Positions 57,634-64,000 of a stretch of 64,000 nt of DNA are shown one piece after another. The notes beneath the pieces are model-generated. The model ran no database searches and was not told the origin of the DNA. It saw only the letters and a list, made by a program, of their open reading frames with translations. Position 1 is the first letter of the stretch. Each line of letters opens with the position of its first letter. Origin of the DNA: a virus (taxonomy: Duplodnaviria; Caudoviricetes). A program made the translations under genes and the position numbers. The stretch covers positions 32,001-96,000 of the IMG/VR virus record IMGVR_UViG_3300033074_000711, one strand, 5' to 3'.

Positions 57634-60206
57634 TTAGAATATTAATATGGGATACATTATTACCGCATGCAAATAATATTATAACAGCAATTTCAACTGG
57701 ATATGGTTCAGATATATCAAACCAATGTTTAATAGTTTCATCAGACCCTTTTGTAAGTGCATCTTTAGATAATAATATAATAGCTATAGTTAGAAGTTAT
57801 AGTGGCTGGGAAAGTAATGTTTCTCAATCATTAGGTGTATATCCAAATACTTTAACTTTTTTTCCAGCAGGTAGTAATACATTTTCATTAGTAGCTATAA
57901 CACAAGAATCGGAGATTCCTAATTTAGTATTAACTGGTGCTGGTGATGTTGGTTATGAAGATAAAAATAATACTGGTTATGGAATAGAATTTTGGGATTC
58001 TGATTTAAATTTAAGTAGTACTTCAGATGAAAGTAGTTATTCAACAGGAATAATTTTAGGTAAATTATTAAAAATAAAAGATACATTAAACTGCTCTTGG
58101 TGGGAAGCAAGATATAGAGCAAGAAAAACGACAGATAGAAATGAAAGTAATAGATTAACTTCTGAATGGGATTTATATAATGGTTATGGTATTATTAATG
58201 TTAATAATGCTATAAATTATTCTGGTGAAATAATTTCAGACCCATTTTTACCATTACCATCACCATTAATATATTATAATACATCACAAACTTATACAGC
58301 ATATTGCTCCACTGGGTATAGTGGTAGTAATACAGTAACTATAGAAAATAATATTTTTTCTAGTAGTATATCTCAAGCTGATGCTAATAATTTAGCATAT
58401 AACTTTGCAAGTAGCAGTGCTATTAATAATTTAACATGTTATTTATTATATTACAATAATGAACAAAGTTATACAGCTATATACCCAAATGGTTATAGTG
58501 GTAGTTATACTTCAACTATACCAGCAAATACATTTTCTAGTAGTATGTCACAAGAATATGTTAATAATTTAGCATATAATTTAGCAAGTAGCAGTGCAAA
58601 TTTAAATTTAGTTTGTACTTTAATAACAACAGGGTATAGTGAACCTATACCTTTAGGAGGATTTGAAATGAGTACAAATAGAAGTACTTTAGTTAATGCG
58701 ATACCGTTAACAAAAACACAAATGAATTCATTAATGAATAATGGTTCAATAATAGTTGGACAAAAATATATAATAACTGATTCTGTAAGTGGTAGTATTA
58801 TGGTTGAAGGTTATAATAGTAGTTCATTATCAAGATATGTAATAAATAATAGTGGAAGTAATATATACTATATTTTAAGTGGTAGTGTAGAAACTATTAA
58901 CAGTTTAGTTAATATATCTGGTTCAAATTCGTTAGTTTTAGGTGGATATGATATTAATAAAACATATTTAACAGGGAGTGTTTATTTAAATAATAATTTA
59001 TTTTATGATTATAGTAATAATATATTTGATGTTAAATTACAAAAAACAAATATGCGCACAAGTATATTAATAGGAAATAGAAATAAAAATTTATCAGGAA
59101 CTGATAATATAATATTTGGTAACTTAATATGGGACGCTATGAGTAGCGGGTCACATAATATTTTAATAGGTGACCAAGTTGGTGGTTCAGTATATGGTTA
59201 TAATGTTAATAATTGCATAATGATAGGTTCACTCACATATTTCACTAGTTCTGGTGTTTATAGTGAAGGTGATAATAACGTTATATGTATAGGGTATAAT
59301 GCTATAGGCAATGGTAATAATACTGTTACCTTAGGTAATGATAATATTATTAAAACATTTTTAAAAGGTAGTGTTTATTTAAATAATAATTTATTTTATA
59401 TTAGTTCAAGTAATAAAATATCAAGTAGTTTCATATCAGAATTAAATACAAATAATTTTAATACTGATATGAAAGAAAAGTTGGATAAAGCATTTAATAA
59501 TAATAGTGAAAATCTAATTATAGGAAATAATTCTGGCATTTTGACGAACTGTTATGGTGATATAATAATTGGTGTGAATGCTAGTCCATCAGTAATTCAG
59601 TCTAGTCAGAATGTAATAATAGGTAATAATACAGCAACAACTGGTTATAATAATCGTAATGTTGCTATTGGTAATTATTCATTACAAATTGGAGGTAGTT
59701 TAAATAATAATATTGCTATAGGATATGAAAGCGGATATAATTTATTATACTCAGAAGATATTGCTAATATTTTTATAGGTTATAGAGCTGGCAAATATAT
59801 ATATGGTGATAACGGAGAAGGAAATGTTATTTTAGGTAATTATTCTGGTATTGAATTTGTAGATTCAGAGTTTTATGTTGATAATTTAGATACAAATGTA
59901 TTGATAGGTAGTTATATTAGACCAAAATATGAATTGAATGGTAATGAAAAGATAACTAGTAATCAAATCATAATAGGTTTTTTAACTAATGGTAATGGGC
60001 CAAACACTGTAACTTTAGGCAATGATGATATTACTAAAACATTTTTAAAAGGTAATGTCGGTATAAAAACTAATCCAGTTTCACACTCATTAGAGGTAAG
60101 CGGTAGCATATATGCCAGTGAATATTTTATTTTAAAATCACCAAACGGTAATAAATGGAAAATTTCAGTTGATGATAGTGGTAATTTAAATTCATCATTA
60201 TTGTAA
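57630..60206 (+). CDS. Multidomain virion protein: compact subtilase-like domain, two DUF5977-like repeats, beta-solenoid fibre
   Basis: SSYSTG...GYGIINVNNA; YYN...T..C..G...SQ..AN..A twice; many N(V/I)xIG repeats; ends LKSPNGNKWKISVDDSG. Confidence 0.6.
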   Translation: MIRILIWDTLLPHANNIITAISTGYGSDISNQCLIVSSDPFVSASLDNNIIAIVRSYSGWESNVSQSLGVYPNTLTFFPAGSNTFSLVAITQESEIPNLVLTGAGDVGYEDKNNTGYGIEFWDSDLNLSSTSDESSYSTGIILGKLLKIKDTLNCSWWEARYRARKTTDRNESNRLTSEWDLYNGYGIINVNNAINYSGEIISDPFLPLPSPLIYYNTSQTYTAYCSTGYSGSNTVTIENNIFSSSISQADANNLAYNFASSSAINNLTCYLLYYNNEQSYTAIYPNGYSGSYTSTIPANTFSSSMSQEYVNNLAYNLASSSANLNLVCTLITTGYSEPIPLGGFEMSTNRSTLVNAIPLTKTQMNSLMNNGSIIVGQKYIITDSVSGSIMVEGYNSSSLSRYVINNSGSNIYYILSGSVETINSLVNISGSNSLVLGGYDINKTYLTGSVYLNNNLFYDYSNNIFDVKLQKTNMRTSILIGNRNKNLSGTDNIIFGNLIWDAMSSGSHNILIGDQVGGSVYGYNVNNCIMIGSLTYFTSSGVYSEGDNNVICIGYNAIGNGNNTVTLGNDNIIKTFLKGSVYLNNNLFYISSSNKISSSFISELNTNNFNTDMKEKLDKAFNNNSENLIIGNNSGILTNCYGDIIIGVNASPSVIQSSQNVIIGNNTATTGYNNRNVAIGNYSLQIGGSLNNNIAIGYESGYNLLYSEDIANIFIGYRAGKYIYGDNGEGNVILGNYSGIEFVDSEFYVDNLDTNVLIGSYIRPKYELNGNEKITSNQIIIGFLTNGNGPNTVTLGNDDITKTFLKGNVGIKTNPVSHSLEVSGSIYASEYFILKSPNGNKWKISVDDSGNLNSSLL

Positions 60207-60223
60207 TAAAAAATTAAAAATTT

Positions 60224-60233
60224 TATATTTATA
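60224..60233 (+). promoter_or_regulatory. Putative late promoter TATATTTATA
   Basis: Upstream of 60277 on the plus strand, showing the motif follows gene orientation. Confidence 0.6.
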
Positions 60234-60276
60234 AATAAATATGAAAGAAAACAAATAAAACAATTAGGAATAAATT

Positions 60277-60570
60277 ATGCCAATAGATAATTTCGAAACA
60301 ATATTAACAGGCAGTGATAATATAAAAGCATTAAAATTATTAGCGGGTGCTAGAAAAGCTTTTGTATTAACAGCTTCAGACACAGTTGATGAAACATTAT
60401 TATGTAGAGCAATACATAGTAATTCAGATGGTACAATACGAGTATTATTAGCAGATGATAGTACGCCAATTGATTTTAAAGTAATAGCTGGTGCTGTTTA
60501 TAATCTTCGTGTAAAAAGATTATTTGTTACAGGAACTGATGCTGGAATGAATATAATAGGATTGGAATAA
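60277..60570 (+). CDS. Head-spike base protein-like (RcGTA rcc01079 type)
   Basis: T.SD..D.....RAI....DG.I.V...DD...F...AG....RV.R...TGT.A..I.L. Confidence 0.6.
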   Translation: MPIDNFETILTGSDNIKALKLLAGARKAFVLTASDTVDETLLCRAIHSNSDGTIRVLLADDSTPIDFKVIAGAVYNLRVKRLFVTGTDAGMNIIGLE

Positions 60571-60572
60571 CA

Positions 60573-60797
60573 ATGGGTGGTTTAGGTTTTGGTTTAAGAT
60601 TTATATTTAATCTTTTTAGAGGGCGAAGTAGTTATAGTGCATATGTTAAAACTCGTTCGAATGATTATATATTAACTAGAGATAATAGAAAATTACTAAT
60701 ACCATCTTCAATAGATTTAGTATCTATAAAAATTTATACCAAAGATGAAAATCAAATATTAACTAAATCTGGTATAGAGTTAAATTTAAAATTGTAA
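60573..60797 (+). CDS. Small protein with GLGFGL N-terminus (spike-docking type)
   Basis: MGGLGFGL; repeated ILT motifs. Confidence 0.5.
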   Translation: MGGLGFGLRFIFNLFRGRSSYSAYVKTRSNDYILTRDNRKLLIPSSIDLVSIKIYTKDENQILTKSGIELNLKL

Positions 60798-60816
60798 TAA
60801 TAAGGAATTGTAAATT

Positions 60817-62727
60817 ATGCCACAAATATATGGACTCAATGACCCACAATTAAATACCATTACTCCACAATTAACAGATGTTATATTAATAGAAAATGCA
60901 TCAGAAACTGGTAAGTGTACGTTAGAATCGGTTAAACAAATTTTATTAAATGAAGATATTTATTATGATATAGGTGTAATGGGTACTGAAGGTGCTGGCG
61001 TTGGCGTAATACCAACTAGATATTTACCCTGGTACATTAGACCTATGGAAGGCACTGAAATAAAAGGTAGTGTTAATTATGGTAATTATAAATGTGTTAT
61101 TGATAATTCTATAATGGTGTGTATTACAGCGTTTGTGTATAAATTAGAACATAATGGTACTACATTAATAAATAAAATTACAATTAAAAATTTTAAAGAT
61201 TATAATTTTGATGAAAATTTAGCTATAGCAGATGGATTTGTATTACCAAGAGCATTTATAGATGGTGGTGAATTTAAAACTGCAATTTTAGTTGATAAAT
61301 ATAAATGGTCACTTACAAATGCAGTTGAAGGTGTAAGCGGAATAGCAAGTTCGATTAAAAACAGTAATCCAATATCAAGTTCGAGTGCTATGAAACGCTG
61401 GCGAACAGCTAATATTAGCAATGCAGTTGCTGGTAGTGGTATAGTCACTATCACAAGTACATCGCACGGATTCAAATCAAATAATACCGTCACTATTAGC
61501 GGTGTTGTTGGGATGACAGATATTAATGGTACTTTCGTAATTACGGTAATTGACACAAGTAGTTATTCAATCCCCGTTAGCACAGTACAAACATACATAA
61601 GTGGAGGAGTTGCAAAAGTTGCGAATTATCCCGGCTCGTTTTCTAATTGTATTTCCAACGGACAAACGCCTGCTGATATTTATGGCGGTGCTTATTCGGT
61701 AGCAAAATCAAGAGGAAATGACTTTTTTGTTACTCCTATATATGTTTGGCAAGCAATACAAATATTACAACAAGCACATGCTCAAGCTTCTACAAGTAGT
61801 ACTTATTGTGCTTGGTATGACGGAACGGGAGCTAAAAATTATCCAAAAGGGAATAACAACTATGGTGCTGATATAGATGACGGTACAATAACATTTTCTA
61901 ATTGTACTGATGATTATTGGAAGGCATTACCCGGAAATGAAGCCAAACAAAATGGGGGAGCAAGTAATTTAGCAAAGACTACGCATAATGGACAGGAATG
62001 CGGAATTAGTGGTGTGAATGGGAATCAATTTGATGTAGTAAGCGGGCTGACTTGTAAAACGACAACTTACACGATTGATTTGCTAACAGGTGATGGTTCA
62101 AAAGTAACAATTCATACAACAGCAAGCCACAATAGAAGCGTCAACGATTGGATTATGCTAACTAATCTTGGTGCAGAAATTACCGATAAGTTGTTTAAAG
62201 TTACGGATATAGTTGATAGTCAAACGCTAAAAGTAGCAAGTGCAGTAACAAGTTTCACAGATACAAGTGGAACGATGACGGCTGGGACATTTTATTTGTT
62301 AAAAGATACGTTCCAAGTCAAAAATCTTACAGGCGGGAATAGTTTAACAACAACAGATATGTTTAACTCTACATTTCTAAGTACTTATTGTGACATAGTT
62401 ACTCCCGATTTCGTAAATGAAGGTGCTTTTGCTCAAAAGCATGGAAATGGAGCAAACCAAGTGCTTGAATTTAGCACGAATAAAACGTCAAATGCTTACA
62501 AAAAAGCGAGTGCCTTAATGCCAAAAGCAAATGGTGTAAGTTCTTTGGGTACGAATCAATTTGGAATAGATTATTTTTATCAATATTTGCGTGACGAACT
62601 CGTCCCGATTGTTGCCGGTAGTTGGAATAACGGTTCCTATGCGGGCGTGTTCTATTTGACCTTGTCTTACAACCGTACAAACTCGATCAGTACTGTTTCG
62701 GGTCGCTCTTGCCTGTATGTAAATTAA
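60817..62727 (+). CDS. Receptor-binding protein with C-type-lectin (FGE/Mtd-like) fold, two FCCH-like insertions and a DGR-type variable C-terminus
   Basis: LPRAFIDGG...VDKY; TTHNGQ.CGI.G.NGN..; ends AGSWNNGSYAGVFYLTLSYNRTNSISTVSGRSCLY. Confidence 0.7.
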   Translation: MPQIYGLNDPQLNTITPQLTDVILIENASETGKCTLESVKQILLNEDIYYDIGVMGTEGAGVGVIPTRYLPWYIRPMEGTEIKGSVNYGNYKCVIDNSIMVCITAFVYKLEHNGTTLINKITIKNFKDYNFDENLAIADGFVLPRAFIDGGEFKTAILVDKYKWSLTNAVEGVSGIASSIKNSNPISSSSAMKRWRTANISNAVAGSGIVTITSTSHGFKSNNTVTISGVVGMTDINGTFVITVIDTSSYSIPVSTVQTYISGGVAKVANYPGSFSNCISNGQTPADIYGGAYSVAKSRGNDFFVTPIYVWQAIQILQQAHAQASTSSTYCAWYDGTGAKNYPKGNNNYGADIDDGTITFSNCTDDYWKALPGNEAKQNGGASNLAKTTHNGQECGISGVNGNQFDVVSGLTCKTTTYTIDLLTGDGSKVTIHTTASHNRSVNDWIMLTNLGAEITDKLFKVTDIVDSQTLKVASAVTSFTDTSGTMTAGTFYLLKDTFQVKNLTGGNSLTTTDMFNSTFLSTYCDIVTPDFVNEGAFAQKHGNGANQVLEFSTNKTSNAYKKASALMPKANGVSSLGTNQFGIDYFYQYLRDELVPIVAGSWNNGSYAGVFYLTLSYNRTNSISTVSGRSCLYVN

Positions 62728-62745
62728 TTAAATTAAAGGTGAAAA

Positions 62746-63138
62746 ATGTATTATTATAATATTAATGAAATAGTAAAAGATTTTACAACTTATTCAATAG
62801 TTGTAGACGAAGGAAATAGATTAATAAAATATTCTGATGGATATTATGGAACAGAAAAACCTATTAATATGGATAAACAATATTCAGAATGTCAAATAAT
62901 TGAAATACAATTTAATGATATTAAATCAATGCTCGATAATTGTAATCATATGAAAATGATTAATAATCAAATTGTTTTTGAGATTAGATTAAAATATTCT
63001 ATTGATGATGAAATGAAGTTAATTAAAAAAGCATTAATAAATCCATTAGACAAGGAATATTTGGAAATGCAAAAGTATATTGAAAATATTAAAAATATTT
63101 ATAATATAACAAAAAAAGATATGGGATTAATATTATAA
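62746..63138 (+). CDS. Hypothetical protein, possible fibre chaperone
   Basis: IRLKYSIDDEMKL motif; follows the receptor-binding protein. Confidence 0.5.
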   Translation: MYYYNINEIVKDFTTYSIVVDEGNRLIKYSDGYYGTEKPINMDKQYSECQIIEIQFNDIKSMLDNCNHMKMINNQIVFEIRLKYSIDDEMKLIKKALINPLDKEYLEMQKYIENIKNIYNITKKDMGLIL

Positions 63139-63155
63139 TAATGGAAAAATAAATT

Positions 63156-64000
63156 ATGGCAGATGTATTATTTCAAAATTTACCTTCACAATCAGTAGTA
63201 GCACCATCACATGAAGTATTGTTAGATAATGGTTCAGTAACAGGTAGAGCAACAGTTAGTAAATTAATAGATTTATTTAATAACTCTGGTAGCATTAATA
63301 CGTTAACATCATCTGGAAGTATTAATATTAAATCAAATTCAGATTCTTCTGGTGGTGGTGATATTAATTTTTTAGTTGGTAATAACGTATTAAATAATAA
63401 AATTAAAAGTAATGCTGGTGGTACACAAGGATTATTTGAAGTAATTGAAACTCATATAAGTAGTTCGTTTTTATCAGCATCAGCTAATTCTGTTGGAATT
63501 GGTGCAAAAGAAAATCAGCTATATCGTATTGATGACGCTGGTAAAACAGGACAATTAATTTGTGCCGATGATTGGGGCGAGCCAAAAGGGGGATACATGT
63601 TTGATGGAGTGAATGATTATATTAGTGTACCAAATAATTCTAACCTTAATTTTGGAATAGGTGATTTTAGTCTATCTTGGTGTGGGATCGTGAATAATCC
63701 TACTTCGGGATCCCAACACTTGGCTGGGAAAAGAGGTATTGGGTCTAATTGGTATAGAATAGTATTATATTCTACTTCGGGTAAACCAACATTAGAAGTA
63801 AACACAACTACAAGATTACAAGCAAATACAGTTTTGCAAGCTAATACTCTATATCATATAGTAGTTACAAGAATCAATGGAATTGCATACATATATATCA
63901 ATGGGAAACTTGATATTTCTGGTAGTCTGACATCTGATGTTAGCAATACTGATACATTTACGATCGGAGCTTATAGTTCATCAAATTATTTTAATGGAAA
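63156..64000 (+). CDS. LamG/ConA-like domain virion protein, runs off the window edge (not in ORF track)
   Basis: MADVLFQNLP...FDGVNDYISVPNNSNLNFG.GDFS...YHIVVTR..G...IYING...TIGA; open to the end. Confidence 0.8.
   Translation, partial: MADVLFQNLPSQSVVAPSHEVLLDNGSVTGRATVSKLIDLFNNSGSINTLTSSGSINIKSNSDSSGGGDINFLVGNNVLNNKIKSNAGGTQGLFEVIETHISSSFLSASANSVGIGAKENQLYRIDDAGKTGQLICADDWGEPKGGYMFDGVNDYISVPNNSNLNFGIGDFSLSWCGIVNNPTSGSQHLAGKRGIGSNWYRIVLYSTSGKPTLEVNTTTRLQANTVLQANTLYHIVVTRINGIAYIYINGKLDISGSLTSDVSNTDTFTIGAYSSSNYFNG

Noticed and set aside
54769-63805. Minus-strand ORFs inside the plus-strand fibre genes
   Set aside because: Antisense shadows; 63617-63805 lies opposite the real LamG ORF starting at 63156
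1-64000. Stop-codon reassignment
   Set aside because: Conserved genes are full length in code 11, and TAG, TGA and TAA all end genes at expected positions
1-64000. tRNA, rRNA, integrase, transposase or reverse transcriptase genes
   Set aside because: None recognised; intergenic gaps are short and AT-rich. The TnsA-like nuclease is read as a homing endonuclease because no transposon partners or ends are present

Overview
This window is a 64-kb segment of a very AT-rich, large T4-superfamily (Far-T4/RM378-like) myovirus genome that uses the standard genetic code. Positions 1-53.3 kb are almost entirely minus-strand. They hold a degenerate family-A polymerase, baseplate, tape-measure, tube, sheath and neck genes, then capsid, scaffold, prohead protease, portal and terminase. 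After these come three glycosyltransferases, a Cas4-like nuclease, ClpP, a gp43/44/45/62 replisome, a methyltransferase, dUTPase, ThyX and a class II RNR. After an AT-rich divergent gap at 53.3-53.6 kb, the plus strand carries fibre, spike and receptor-binding genes. Main highlights: (1) Two fractured genes, TerL and NrdJ, are each split by a free-standing PD-(D/E)XK/NUMOD3 endonuclease and apparently rejoined by a split intein. (2) The NrdJ intein is odd: it is split between blocks F and G, carries an extra Hint-like segment, and has a 25-aa C-fragment ending in Asp. (3) A start-less gp51-like frame is best reached by a +1/-2 frameshift at a T7 run in the gp26-like gene. (4) A receptor-binding protein has a DGR-type variable region. 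(5) The probable late promoter is the reverse complement of the T4 late promoter. (6) Virion proteins are rich in S/T-G/A-S motifs and the phage encodes three glycosyltransferases. (7) An unannotated ArfA-like micro-ORF contains a 13-bp hairpin. (8) GATC looks strongly avoided. All family calls come from motif recognition by eye; no database searches were run.
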